From the NCBI GenBank assembly GCA_013265495.1, contig MU058252.1, forward strand, positions 186,001-250,000: DNA of 64,000 bases. The letters are read 5' to 3'. This stretch comes from Vicugna vicugna (lineage: Eukaryota). Positions within the stretch are counted from its first letter, which is position 1. Each line of letters starts with the position of its first letter. The notes beneath the pieces are model-generated. The model was not told the DNA's origin. It worked only from the letters and a program-made list of their open reading frames with translations, and searched no databases. Positions 38,763 through 52,559 of this stretch are shown here, in pieces. A program made the translations under genes and the position numbers.

Positions 38763-39968
38763 AGAGGAAAGACAGAACAGTGCAGACACAGGGCGCGGCC
38801 AGGTAACCTCGCTCTGGGCCTTCCGACTCGAGGTTCTCACAGCTCACTTGAGGTTGATTCAGTGACCAGGATGAGCTGGCACGGAGCCAGAAGTGCAGCG
38901 GTAGGTAGTGAAAGGGTCTTCACTACCAGTGAAGAGAGAGGCAGTGGAGAGAGTGGAGGTTTATCCAGGTAGATATTGGTTGAAACAGATTTCACATCCC
39001 CATCTGCTCAGAGACAGTGACACCTCTGGGAAGAGGGGTGGGGAGGGGCTGAATGGCTAAACAGAACCCTGCTCCAATCTCAGAGAAGGACCCCCAAGCA
39101 CAAGACATCCCACCAGAGCCTGGTGTATTATCTTCCTGCCCAAAGGACAGCCTGGGTTTTACAAAAGTAGATTCCAAGTGTTGGGAGGGTCACACATTGC
39201 GTATCCAGGGATATAGAGAGGCGGGAAGCCCTGAGTCCTGGACCCACGCTGATTCTCTGCACGAGCTTGGGCTGTGCGTTCTCTCCGGGTTCAGGTGAGT
39301 GGTCTCTGTCATGAACAGATGGAGCCAAGCACTCTGGGAGGAGTCTTCTGGCTCCGATGCTGGCCCCACGCAGCCTGCCTCATGCCTGTCCAGCTCAGTC
39401 TCCGTCTACCCAATGTTTTCAATCAGCCACCCAGCCTTCACTGAGCCCACTCTATGCCAGGCTCGGTGGCAGGTGACGATGTCAAAAATGAGCAAAGTGA
39501 GAACATCAGGTTTCTGCTTCCTATACTCAGGGACAAAGGATGAGGGATTTAGGACACACCCTCTGCTGTGGCCTTCCGTACAGCCTCTGCAGAGAGATTT
39601 TCCCACACAGCGCCTCATTTCATCTCAAGTTCAATCCCAGCCCTGGTTTCAAGGAATTTATAGTTGTGTTAGGAAGACAAGACTAACACACATTTCTATT
39701 TTATTTTGCCAACGGTGAAAAATGCCACCTTCCCTGCAACAGCAACCTGTAAAGCATGTCCTGAAAATAACTTGGTGTATATTAGCTCTGTTTCATAACT
39801 TTTAACCCTTCACGTGAGCTTTTAAATTCTACTTTAAAATCCCTGAAGAACAAGTCCATCCTTTGGAGTTCACCCCCAGCATTCTTTGTTCTCCCTCTCA
39901 CCAAGGAGCAGGTGGCTCTCTGGTCCACCTAACGTCTGACCAGGCCATCCCCCTAGGGTTGGTCCATT

Positions 39969-40312
39969 CTGCTGTGAACTGAATATCTGTGTCCCCAGAA
40001 TTCATATATTGAAACCTAATCCCCAAGGTGATGGTATTAGGATGCGAGGCCTTTGGGAGGTGATTAGGTCATGAGGGTGGAGCCCTTGTGAATGGGATTA
40101 GTGCCCTTACGAAAGAGGCCCCAGAGTGCTCCCTCATCCCTTCAGCCATGCGAGGATGGCATCTCTGAACCAGGAAGCAGACCTCGCTGGACAGAATCTG
40201 CCAGTGCCTTGATCTTGGACTTACTCTCCAAAACTGTGAGAAATAAATTTCTGTTGTTTACAAGTCACCCAGTGTGTGGTGCTTTGTTATAGCAACCCGA
40301 ACGGACCAAGAC
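39969..40312 (+). mobile_element. MLT1A-like LTR
   Basis: gaattcatatattgaaacctaatccccaaggtgatggtattagg…actgtgagaaataaatttctgttgttta. Confidence 0.88.
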
Positions 40313-40707
40313 TCCTCCAGGTGCTGGAGTCCGAACTCCCGTTGTTTCCGCATCTCATTCCCAGGTGCTCTCAGCGGCTCCAGAGCTGCGGTTTCGAGCG
40401 ACCCCACCCCACTCACAGCCGCGCAGGTGCCATCGTGTGTCAGTGTATGACTTAAGTTTCATTGTCGTCAGACTGGCCCCGGGGACAAATGGGACCCTGC
40501 CAGGTTCAGATTCCAATTTGTGGATTCCTCCTCTATGCAGGACAATTTTGTGCCTGAAAGATTTTAGAAAGTGATGTGGTACTGGTAACCACTAAAGCCC
40601 CCTTGCAAGCTCCCCTTTAGAGCAAAAAAATGCAGCATCAGTCCAGGAAAGCTCTGCCCTGCTGGCTTTGCAGCAGGAAATGAATGTTCAGTCCTTTCAA
40701 GAGTCAT

Positions 40708-40968
40708 GTGCGGAGGCGGTGGCGGAGGGATAAATTGGGAGTTCAGGATTTGCAGATACTAACTACTAGGTATAAAAGAGATAAACAACAAGGTCTTACT
40801 GTAAAGCACAGAGAACTACATTCAGTACCTTGTAATAGCCTAAAATGAAAAAGAATATGAAAAGGAATATATATATATATATATATGTATAAATGAATCA
40901 CTATGCTGTACACCAGAAATTAACACAACAATGTAAATTGACTATACTTCAATGTTTTTTTAAAAAAA
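40708..40968 (+). mobile_element. Camelid/artiodactyl L1 3' end
   Basis: gggataaattgggagttcaggatttgcagatactaac…ctgtacaccagaaattaacacaac. Confidence 0.88.
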
Positions 40969-43900
40969 ATTCATCTGGGTGCAGGAGCATGGGCCACAGG
41001 TGAGCTCAGAATCTTAGGTAATCAGGCAGCACGTGGGTGGCTCTGAAAGGAAATTGCTTCTACCGCAAGTTTACCTCGGTCTCAAGATACAATTCGCACA
41101 GACCCCTGGTCCCACATGAGGCAGCTTCCACCAATCTTGTGAAAAGAAAGGGTGGGAAGGACTTGGAATCAGAGACACGACAGTTAGACCAGAGCCTCTG
41201 CTGACACTCCTCCCAAATTACCAGCTCTATTGACCAACACAGAGCTGGAGATGGAGCAAGACACAGGCACACCTCCCCATGTGTCAGGGTGCACCCTGCA
41301 GCCAGGGAGAAAAGCAGGAATTGAGAAAAGTGGGAATAGGTCACACTGTGGATAGAACTAGTAAGGGGGCTACCAGGTGGGTCACAGCTCCTCCTCGCCA
41401 CACCCTAGACAGCCAGCCTCCCTGTCCCTGTCCGTGAAGACCTCACAGGGAACCCCACCCTGCAGCGGGGCTGAAAGGATGTGCCCGTGCTCAGGAAGAA
41501 GTCAGCAGCAGGCATGTCATTATGGAGGAGAGCATCTCTACCCACACTTCAGAGGCATCCCCCTAAATCCCGGCTCTGCATGACCCACACACAGATCTCA
41601 CAAGGAGCTGTCACTGGACAGTGTAGCACCGCATGTCACAGGAACGCCATGGACAAGTCTTCACAGGCAAGGCCAACCGTGAGGCGAGTCTTGGAGAGTG
41701 AGAGTGTCGAGTCGAGCAGGGCAGGACCCACAACAGCACTGCCAGGCACCTGGGGGCTAAGCCCAGGTCTAGAGCCAGGGGGACGCCATCCGGTGAGGGC
41801 GGGGTGCAGAGAGGGAGGGGCTGGCCCCATCAACATCTGTTATGTCCCCTTGGCCAAGCATTTAGTCCAAGGAGCTGCCCCTTTACCAAAGTCACGTGCA
41901 GCTTCTCTGCATTTTATTCATTTCCAAACCACAAATTTGACAGTTACCCGGAACATTCAATGTTTGCCAGTCAGTTGGCAAAAAGAGGGAAACCGAGAGG
42001 ACTCTGTCCTCAGCAAGCAGCCTTTTGTGCCTTCCTCAGGGGCAAGTCTGATGTGAGTTGGGTCTCTAATAAGCAGGGGCACTTACAGTCCCTTCCAGAG
42101 CCCGCTCCTCCACCGAACACCCGAGGTCCCGAGAGTCGGTGCCTCTGCGAGAGGGACGCTAATTGCCTCATGGATGTCCTGAGACCTGGGCTGAAGGGCT
42201 CAGGCCAAAATCAGGCAGTACCTCTGTGTCCTTCAGGATACCTGTGTGGAGGGACAGTGACAGGCGCCAAGCCGTCGTCAGCTCTGCCCCAGGCTCTGCC
42301 CTGCTGGGCTCCTTGCCTCCCACTTGGCTGTTCTCTTTGCACCCTCCTCACCTCCTCTCTAAGTCCCCGTCTCTGCCCCAGATGCCTCATCATGCATCAC
42401 TAGTTATTACTGCAGGGAAACTGCTTGCTAATCAAAATGGAGGGAGGGAGGGAGGGAGGGAGGAAGAAAAGAGAGAAAAGAAAGCGAGCTTCACTGCAGC
42501 CTTCTCTCCCTTCTAGGGGTGCGATTAGCTCACTCTGGGCCCATCGGTTACGAGTCTGGATAGTGTCCCGATAGCCTGGAAGGGCCTCTTGGAAGGAGAA
42601 GGGTAGAGCCCTGGACAAGGGCGGCTAAGAGCAGCCTGGAAAGACTTGAATCGATCTGCCCAAGGCAGTAAGGGGAAACCTGAGTGTCTGGGGGCAGGCC
42701 AGGGAAGTGAGGAAAAGAAGAGGCAGAGAAGGATCTTCAGAAAAATGGGAACTGACCAAGAGGGTCTCAGAAGGACTAGGAAGGAGGTCAGCCAATGAGA
42801 AAGGCACCAACACGGAAACAGTCAAGAATTTAGGACTGGAATGCCTGAGGTCTCCTTTTAGGTTGTTTTCTGGGCTGTACGGTGAGATCATTTCCCCAGA
42901 GTTCACAATGACCCCCAAGATCTTTACTGATCATCCGCTACATGCGACAGCCTTTGGTTGGCGATGCTTCGGGATAATGAAGAGGGGGGACTGTCCACCG
43001 GGGGTCAGAATGGCACGAAGAGGGGGCAGCAAGCACAGGAGCTACCACACACTTAAGGGACAGGTGTCTACAGAGATGCAGTCAAGGGAGGTTAACCTAG
43101 AACAGAAGCTTCACCCCTGGGGCATCCCCAGAGACATGGGGAGGCATTGAGTACACCCTACCTTCGGCAGGATGGGGCTTCAGCCACTTCCCAGCATCCT
43201 AAGGGAAGGGGTCCCCCAGGGCCGGAGGATGGAGGGCAGCTGGGTCACAGAGCTAATCACTGTTTAGCCTCATTCCCCCATGATCCTTCCACCAGCTCTG
43301 AGAATAACCCTCCTTTATGGCCACCCAGAGCCCCACATAAAGCCCAACTTCCCTGCGGGACAGTCACAGTTCCGAATCCACAGGGCAGTTTGACATTAAA
43401 TAAAGCCCTCTACGCTCCTTTTCCCATCTGCTCTGAGTTTCATTCTACTGAGTCCTCTTAACCATGAGATCAGCTTCATTTGACCTTCCTGGTGTCCCTG
43501 AGCAGTGCGCTCCCTCTGATTCCCCAGCTGTCATCACCTGGCACAGCAGAAAGACGCAAAGCCGTTACACGTGGCCACCTTGTTGCCGGAGCCTCTCCAG
43601 ACCGCTTCCCTAATGACTGATTTTCCTGCCAGTTAGCATCTAAGTCTCTTGCAGCCAGACCTTATGCTATTGCTAATTTTAAAACAATGGTAAGACATTA
43701 AACTCTAAACTCTTCTGCTTTGGTTTCTAAGCAATGGCTCTTGCGAACTTCCAACTCACTTATAAGGTGTGATTATAAAATAATAAAGCTGATTATTTAA
43801 ACAAATGCCTCAGAACACATTCTTTTTATTTTTGAAAGGCAAAAGTTAACAACAAAAAAAACCTTAACCTGTACTTAGACTTTTAAAAAATAATATATCA

Positions 43901-44004
43901 AGAATCACTTTATTTTAAATGTTACTGCAATGAGGCCATCAAGGTAAATTGAGTTTTTATAGGGTTTACTATCATGCACCTGTGCAACTTTAAGAAATCT
44001 GTTA

Positions 44005-44110
44005 TTTGTAATAACCTATAAAAGGAATGTATATGTATAACTGAATCACTATGCTGTACACCAGAAGTGAACATATTGTAAATCAACTGTATGTCAATTA
44101 AAAAAATTTT
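44005..44110 (+). mobile_element. Short L1 3' end with TSD aagaaatctgtta
   Basis: ttgtaataacctataaaagg…ctgtacaccagaagtgaacatattgtaaatcaac. Confidence 0.8.
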
Positions 44111-44207
44111 AAAGAAATCTGTTACTATTATATCTTTTACTAAATCCTTATTGATTTTTACACCAATCATTCTTTTATGATGTACAGTTATCTAAAATTG
44201 TTTCCAT

Positions 44208-44410
44208 GGGGGGAGGATACAACTCAGTGGTAGGGCGTGCACTTAGCATGCACGAGGTCCTGGGTTCAATCCCCAGGAGCTCTATTAAAAAATAAATAAA
44301 CCTAATTACTTCCCCAAACAAATTATATATTTTTTGAGCATATATATATATATATATATATAGTCATTTAAAATAATAATAAAAATACATTTTAAAAATA
44401 AGTAAAATAA
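44208..44410 (+). mobile_element. Camelid SINE with AT-rich/(TA)n tail
   Basis: ctcagtggtagggcgtgcacttagcatgcacgaggtcctgggttcaatcccc…aaataaacctaattac; flanking taaaa(t/a)tgtttc. Confidence 0.88.
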
Positions 44411-47400
44411 AAATGTTTCTAAAGAGTCACTTTGGAAGGCCCTATGCTTCAGATTCGTTTCGACACCTTTGGGCACTTGAGATAGACTAGACCCGCTGCT
44501 CGTGTGCTTCTTATGGTCCCTGTGTGGTCAGCCCACCAGGATGCCTCGTCCTGTGTGAACCGTGGACGGTGGCCCTGATCAGCCAGGCCGAGCGCCCTTC
44601 AGTTCCTACTGGACTGTCCACCACCTGGGGGAGAAGTGGGTCCTGCAGACTCGAAGTTGGAACAGAAAACCCCCAGGAGGAAGCACTCCCAGCCTTGTGC
44701 AGCGAAGGGCAAGTGAGCAGCCACGCAGAGGCTGGCTGGGAAATCCGGGGGCGCTCATCGTCTCTGTGTGCCCCGGGTCACTGGGAGCAAGACGCGCTGG
44801 CAGAGTGCCTGCCATCTCCCGGGCCCCGCAACAGAGGCCCCTCGGAGAGAGGCAAAGATGACCAGTAGTCAGTTCCCCTTTGGACCACAGACAAGGGAAC
44901 AGGCAGAGCATGTGGGGATTCTAACAAAGACCTGAGCTGTGTGTTGTAGGAGGTTTGGATGAACCACGAAGCCTAGAGAAGTCTTCCTGGAGGAGGTGAT
45001 GTCTGAGCGAGGACATGAAGGCTCGAAGGGTTTCTCCAGGCTAAGAAGGACGGAGTTCGTTTACAGGAAGAGGGCAAGACAGGCAAACGCAGGGAGAACT
45101 CAAGTACAGTTAACAGGATGTGAGCTCTCGTGGCTGGGGTATCGGGCACGCGGCAGCAGGAGGTATAAGGGCAGGGAGTCTGAAAAGGAAAACGAGAACT
45201 TTCTGTGCCAAGCTGACGCGGAAGGCTTTGTCCTGCAGGCAAAGAGGAGGGAGCCATCTGTCCCCTCAGGACCTGGGCAAGCTCCAGTACATCTGTTCAT
45301 GCAACGTGGGCAGGTGGGCTGCAGAAAGGGCCTGGCACAACCTCCTCCCCTGCACTGAGCCAGGATAGACCCTGGAAAAGTCAGCGGCCTGCAGGGGCTG
45401 CCCCTGGAGGTCTGGCCAGGCTGGGGACGCAGCATGTGAGAGGAGGATGAGCTTGCTGGGTTGGGAAGCAGACGTAGGGATTCCCCAAAGCTCAGCTGAG
45501 TGATGGCCATCAGAAGATATCCAGCTGTGCCCCAAGATGCTCACCAGAAGGGATTCCAGCCCCAGAAGGCACCAGGCAAGTTCCCTAATCGTAACTCAGA
45601 GCAAGGACCAAGCCCCACGCACTGAGCAGAGTCAACAGAATGGGATAGAAGATGTAAACAGCCTGGTCCTTGAGGGGGTCATCACTGGGGTATCAGACCC
45701 CTTGTCTGCTTTCCAGCAGAGGAGACTCAGAGAGTGCCAGAAACCCCGGAGCTCCTTCCTCAGCCCCAACACCCCGAGTCTGGCTGCACAGGAAGTCAGT
45801 TTCCCAGCTCCTCAAAGTCAAGCACACAGGCCCTTTCGATGTTGTGGATTTTACTGCTAATCACTACCAAAATCTAGAGATGTCCGTTCAGTAAACTGTC
45901 CAGTGGGTGCTCTGGGGGAACCACTAGGCACGGTGCTGAGGGAACAGACAGGGACACAGGGTCACACAGAGGTGATGAGCCCCCCGAATTTGGCAGTCCC
46001 AGGTAGGGAGAGTAGGGTGGGGAGAGCAGAGGATCCTGCAGCAGAACAGAGGGGCTCCCAGACTGAGGGGGGCTCCAAGCATTTCCTAGAAGAGTCACCA
46101 GAGGACAAGCAGGAATTCACTAAACAAAGGGTGTTCCAGGCAAAGGAGCAGAAGGTACAAAAGTCTGCAGGGAAGAGAAGGTTCTAGAAATCCCAGACAC
46201 TCGCAAAAGTCTCTTAGTGTCTTTCCTAGAGCAAGGGAGGCAGTGTGCGCAAGGGTCAGGCCAGTCCGGCAGGTGGAGGGTGAGGGAGGTGCTGGGACTG
46301 CCCAGGTTCACACTCCAGCTCCACTCCGGACGCCGGCAGGTTACACCAGCATCCTGGCCCTCGGTTTCAGGCAGCAAGAATAATGTTCACCACAAAGGAT
46401 GGGCTCTGTAAGCATTGATTTCTCCTATTTGTCCCTGAAATATGAGAGCTGCCACTGCCTGGACCGAGCAGGGCAGAAGTCCAGTTAAGGACAGATGCAG
46501 GGACAAGCTTGCTCCTGGGCCCTGGGCAGCAGCTGAGCCACCTGGGCCTCAGTCCGCTCCTGGACCTTGAGGACCTTTTGGTCCCAGCATAGCAAGTGCA
46601 GTGAGCTTCATCTGAACCTTCCTTCCCACAGTCAGCCTCACGGTGGCCTCCGCCTCTGTCAGTCTTGTGCCCTGGGCTGAGAGATCCTGATGGTGTCTGC
46701 TCGCACCCAGAGTCCACTTCAGCTGACACTGAATCTAGGGCATCCCCCCAGCTAGAACCCCCACCCCGCACCCACACACATCAATCCACCAGGAAGGCCT
46801 GTGCGTGAGCTCCCACACCGCGAACAGGTGCGTGCCCACACTCACACATACACACAGGTGCACGTGCTGCAGGTCCTGTCACACAAAGCTGCCCTCTCTG
46901 CTTGGCCCACCTCTCTGTGTCACCCCTCTCCATCACCCAGCTCATCCTTCTCCCATCTTCCCGGCCCTGTCCCCCAGGGCACACTGAATTTACAGGGGCC
47001 CCTCCCTGGTCACACCCTCTGGGAAGGGAGCCAGGGCCCAGGTGCAGAACCACCAGGAACTTCTCTCCTTCCCGCTCTGGGCAGAGTGCACCCTCCTGGC
47101 AACTCAGAGACCGGGGTCTCCTCCCAACACCTTCCCAATCCTGGGCATCGGCAGCAATGCCTTTGTCTTCAAAGTGAGGTTAACAAACCCGCCTCAAAGG
47201 GTCAGACAGTGTGGGATTAAGCGGCCCCGGAGGCCTCAGGCGGCCGCTCCCCGTCGGCTCCTCCTGCTGGCCCACAGCTGCCCTGCCGCGGCCACTGCAT
47301 GACTGCTCCTCTGAGAGGCTGCGTGTCCTCAGGAGACCAGCAGCGTGTGCACACGCACGTGCGTGCGTACACGACCACCACCCTTCACTGACCCAGAAGA

Positions 47401-48109
47401 GCTCTTCTGACTTGTTCCCCCAATAACAGGAATGAGCCACCCTGAAACTTCCACCTTCTTCAGGCAGCTCGGGGATCACAGGTGACCAAGTGATGGAGGT
47501 GATCACAGTGAGGCCCGTCTGCAGCCAGATACCAGGGGAGCTCTGGTCAGTGCTGAGAAAACCAGTGTGCCCAGAGCTGGTTTGCTGTGGGGGCCCAATT
47601 ACATAGGGTCCATGTGAGTCTGGGTTAAGGTCAAGATAAGGCCAAGTTAGGGGCTTAGCCAAATACAGTCCCAGGCTAAAGTCAGTACGGGCTGGATTCA
47701 TGGACTGTGTAGGGGCCAAGAGTAGGCTAGATCAGTGTTCAGCACAGGGCCAGCTTCCGAGGCCAGTGTGGCACCCAGCAAAGCATCATGACCCTGGGGG
47801 CCAGACTGGGATCCCTTTAGGACAACCTCTCTATTCAGAACAGTCAGGTGGCTCTTTGCTCTCCCAAATCCAGGACCGCATGGAAGTAGGGCCCTCCGGA
47901 GGCAAGAAGCCCTGAAGGTGAGTCGTGTCAGGCCCCAGGGAGCGCCCCCCCACTCCAACACCTCCAGACGTTGGAGCTGCCCCTGCAGGCCCTGTGCACA
48001 CAGAAAGACCGGCCCGAACTGTTGCCGAGAGGCCAGTGCACAGGTGCACTGTGGCTGTGACCGTGGGGTACAGCTTGCTGATGGCTGCACCCTCCCAGCA
48101 CCACTGGAG

Positions 48110-48515
48110 TCTCCTCAGGATAATTATTTATTATTCATAGTCATCAGCATCTTCATTAATTATTCATATGATCCTTAATTATTATCCTTAACAATAAGAG
48201 CAGTAAATAGCAGAAAAGTCCTTGAGGTGCCTAAGGCCCAGGGCCGGGTGCCTCCGGGCAGTTAGACCAGCTACTGCCCCCAGGGCAGTGGGGGGACCAC
48301 AGACCCCCGTCCACTGCCCCGCCCTGCCCCTGCCCCTCCCACGGGGGCTCAGGGGACCGCAGGAGGAGATGGTCCCAAGGGCTGGGGGAGGGGCTGTGCC
48401 TTCCTGTTCCTCTCCCCTCCGCGGCCAGGGCCTCCCGGGCAGGGCCTCCACGGGGAGGGGCCCAGACAGTGCGCTGAACCCTGGGTGAGCCATGTGTCCA
48501 CACTGGGCAGCCCCA
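48110..48515 (-). other. KCNH2: KCNH2 3' UTR (3' end approximate)
   Basis: Follows the stop codon; ends in an AT-rich block (…GACTATGAATAATAAATAATTATCCTGAGGAGA on the minus strand) resembling the known KCNH2 mRNA end. Confidence 0.85.
48127..48132 (-). terminator. Canonical poly(A) signal AATAAA of KCNH2
   Basis: tttatt on the + strand, ~385 nt after the stop codon. Confidence 0.88.
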
Positions 48516-48644
48516 CTAACTTCCTGGGTCTGAGCCATGTCTGTGCAGGGGCTGGGAGGTGAGGGCCCCCAGCTGGCCCGGCAGGGAGAGGCGTCGAGCG
48601 GGGCCATCTTGGGGTAGCTCCTCGCACGCCATGAACTGGGAAAC
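48516..48644 (-). CDS. KCNH2: KCNH2 last coding exon 15 (129 nt to TAG stop)
   Basis: Manual translation (frame absent from the ORF track): [42 protein letters not shown]. Acceptor ttttgcag|; TAG at 48516-48518. Confidence 0.97.
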   Translation of the reverse strand, partial: VSQFMACEELPQDGPARRLSLPGQLGALTSQPLHRHGSDPGS

Positions 48645-49695
48645 CTGCAAAAGAAATGGAGTGAGAAGCCAGGAGTGGAGGATGTATAGAGGGGGGGGAT
48701 GGTCAGAGGACAGAAAGGGTCAGGAGGGAGGCCGACAGAAGAGGGCAGGAGGGGATAAAGAGACCGGCCAAGGCAGACAGAGCAGGACTCCGACCACAAA
48801 GGGGAGGCCCGAGGTTGGAAGGAGAGAAATGCACTCTCAAGGGCAAGAGCCAAACCCAGCAGCTGGGGGCCTCGGGAGCTTCCACCTGCCACAGGGGAGA
48901 GCCAAGGCCGTAGCTGCTTCCTTCCCCAGGGAACGTGGCAGCTGAATTGAAAACCAACCCAGAATAAGGGACCCTAAGCTGGGACAGAAGCTGGATGGAA
49001 AGAGAAACAATGTTCCTTCCTCCAATCTAGAAAGAACTCAGGGACCCAGAAACAGAGGCAGGCTGGCGGCCAGGCCTCGGAAGGCCAGGGAGAGTGCCAG
49101 GGCAGGCGGGAGGGGGTTTGTGGGTGCTGACGAGTCTGCTGTGAGATCTCTGCGGGGGCGGCTGTGAAGGGAGACTGGCACATTTGCTGACGTGGGCTCT
49201 GGTGTCTGCAAACAGGAGCAGGCAGCATATGGGAGGGGGGAGCAGATGCCAGAGGAAGTGGGGATCAGAGCCCAGGCCACCTCTGGTAGCCAGAGGAGCC
49301 CCTTCTAGGGGCCCAGACACAGCTCTCCTGTCTGGACGCCACTCAGGAGAGGACAAAGGACAATAGAAGCCCATCTCTGGCAGGAGAGGAGAGATGCCGG
49401 CCAGGAGTGCTACCCTGGGGCTTAGCCAAAGCCTTGAGGACAACCCTGCAAAGGGCCCAGCATGAGAGCCACTGGTTGGCAGTAGAGCCAGACCCAGGGG
49501 GTGCCAGGCACTGCAGGGACCTGGGACCCTGTCCCAAGGGGACCCCGGCATACAGACCCACCACCAGGCCTCGGGCTCAACAGTCCCCTCTACTTGTAGC
49601 CATGACACAGGCACCATGAGTAGATCTGGCCATGCAGGTGACACTGGGGGAGCACATGTCACTCAGCTGGCTGATTTCCTTGGCCCAGCTGTCTA

Positions 49696-50223
<528 letters not shown>

Positions 50224-50390
50224 CTACTGGACACTCAGACAGGACTGGACAGAGCAGACACCCCTGCACCCTGCAACACTGCCAGAAACCCACAGGTCAC
50301 AGAGCAGTACTCCCACGCCCAACACCTACTAGACCGTCCCCCTTGACACACACACCTGGGCCTAAGCTGGATCCCAGGGACCACCCTCAC

Positions 50391-50577
50391 CTGTTGAGCT
50401 GCCTCTGGAGGGCATCCAGCCTGCTCTCCACATCGCCCCGGGACCGCCGGCCCGGGCTGGAAAGAGGGATGTTGAGGAGGCTGGGGGCGGGGGCGGGGCA
50501 GCGAGGCAGCTCCTGGTACTGGCGGCCCCGGCTGTCCCCCCAAAAGCTGAAGATGTTGGACACTCCTGAGAAGGCGC
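50391..50577 (-). CDS. KCNH2: KCNH2 coding exon 13, 187 nt
   Basis: [30 protein letters not shown]...[15 protein letters not shown]. Acceptor ctccag|, donor |gtgagg. Confidence 0.98.
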
Positions 50578-50649
50578 CTGGAGCCAGAGAACTGGGTTGA
50601 GATGGGGACAGATGCCATTTCCCGCCCACCCGGGCAGCCCTGGCCCTAC

Positions 50650-50922
50650 CTGACAGGGGGTTACAAGTGTCACTGCTCTTCTCTCCGTCCTCAGTCAGGG
50701 GGTCCCCACCCGGCGGCTCTCCGGGGGGCCTGGGGCTGGAGAAGGGCACCAGGCGGAGGGGGCTGGAGCTGCGGCCTGGGCCCTCATCCTCACTGCTCTC
50801 AGGGCTGGAGGGGCCGCTGGACAGGCTCTCCCCCCACGGCCCCACCTGCCGGCCCCGGCCACTCGGCCCTGCCCCCGCCCGGCTGGGCCCCAAGGCTGAC
50901 ACCTCCCCTGGCTGTTCCGGGT
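50650..50922 (-). CDS. KCNH2: KCNH2 coding exon 12, 273 nt
   Basis: [48 protein letters not shown]...SSDTCNPLS. Acceptor ccacag|, donor |gtaggg. Confidence 0.98.
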
Positions 50923-51577
50923 CTGTGGGAAACAGAGAATGAGCCTCAGAGGGGCAGGCACGGAAGGGAGGAGGGGTGGAGCAGAGGGAAGAGAAGGAAA
51001 GGGCCTGGGTCAGGGGGATGGGAGCAGCCCTGGGAAAGGACCGCACAGAACCCCCTGGTTTGTCCCAGGTGGTTTCTTCTGCTCTCTTTCCCCACTTTCA
51101 AGAGGACTGAGAACTCCCAGTGCAGGACCAGGTCATCTCTGACCTCTGGTTGCACAAGCACGGGCCGCGGCACTGCTGGGCAGGGCTCTTGGGACCCTGT
51201 ACCCTCAAACCCCGTTCTGGCCTCCTCGCCCTCCTTTGCCCTGTCTTTTCTCCCATCATCAGTTCAAGGCAGCACCCACCAAGACGCCAGTCCTGGAGGA
51301 CCAAGCAAACTTAGGCATGCCCGTGCCCTGGAGGGTGGAAGAGGGCTTCCTGTAGGAGGTGACAGTTCAAATGGGCCTGAAGGGATGGGCAGCGGTTGGA
51401 CGGCTGGGGTGAGTAGTGGGAAACACTGAAGGTGGGGGCAGGAGGTCTGTGGAGCCTGTGTGGAGCAGACCGGGCCGGACCCCCGCGCTCCGCCCTCCTC
51501 CCTGCCTCCCCTAGGCCCCGGCCCCGCCCTGCCTCCCGGCTCACCTGCACCCCGCCCCCGCCGCTCCCCCGCCTCAC

Positions 51578-51677
51578 CCTTGTCCGTGCGCCTGCGGAAG
51601 GACAGCTTGCGCTTGCGCTGCCGATTGAAGCCGCCCTCCAGCTCTGCACTGCCGGGAGAGCCAGGGATCATATTGGT
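51578..51677 (-). CDS. KCNH2: KCNH2 coding exon 11, 100 nt
   Basis: [33 protein letters not shown]. Acceptor ttgcag|, donor |gtgagg. Confidence 0.98.
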
Positions 51678-51853
51678 CTGCAACCGAAAGCGGTGTCAGG
51701 GCCTTTGCGCGCCCTCCCACCCTGCCCGGTCCCGCCCAAACCCCCTCATTAACAGAAAAGGTGGGGCTGGGAGTGCCGGCTCTGGGAGATTGACTTCTGT
51801 CCCAGGACCAGGGCTGAGACTGGTATTTTTCACAACCTGGTCTGACCCAGCTA

Positions 51854-52360
<507 letters not shown>

Positions 52361-52553
52361 CTACTGGGCCAGCCAGCAGCTCCAGCCCAGATGCCGGGCT
52401 CTGCCCATGGCCCTGGCTTCCTTGGGTTCCAACTCTACTTGTACTCCCCAAAGCCCATGTTCCAAGCACCCTCCTGGCCAATTCCTACCCCCTCATTAAC
52501 TGTTCTTCAAACTACAGATCATAACACAGTAGTGACTCAAGACCAGCATTTTG

Positions 52554-52559
52554 TTTACT
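52554..52559 (-). terminator. Candidate intron-9 non-canonical poly(A) signal AGTAAA (USO-type isoform)
   Basis: tttact on +. On the minus strand it is followed ~25-45 nt later by U/GU-rich tgtgtt…gtttg. Human KCNH2 intron 9 is known to use AGTAAA. Confidence 0.6.

Noticed and set aside
41377..47719. Long ORFs (up to 199 aa) downstream of KCNH2
   Set aside because: No homology recognised and no coherent splice structure; GC-driven.
48188..48892. 234-aa minus-strand ORF over the last KCNH2 exon
   Set aside because: Wrong frame relative to the exon 14/15 junction; the true frame stops at 48516.
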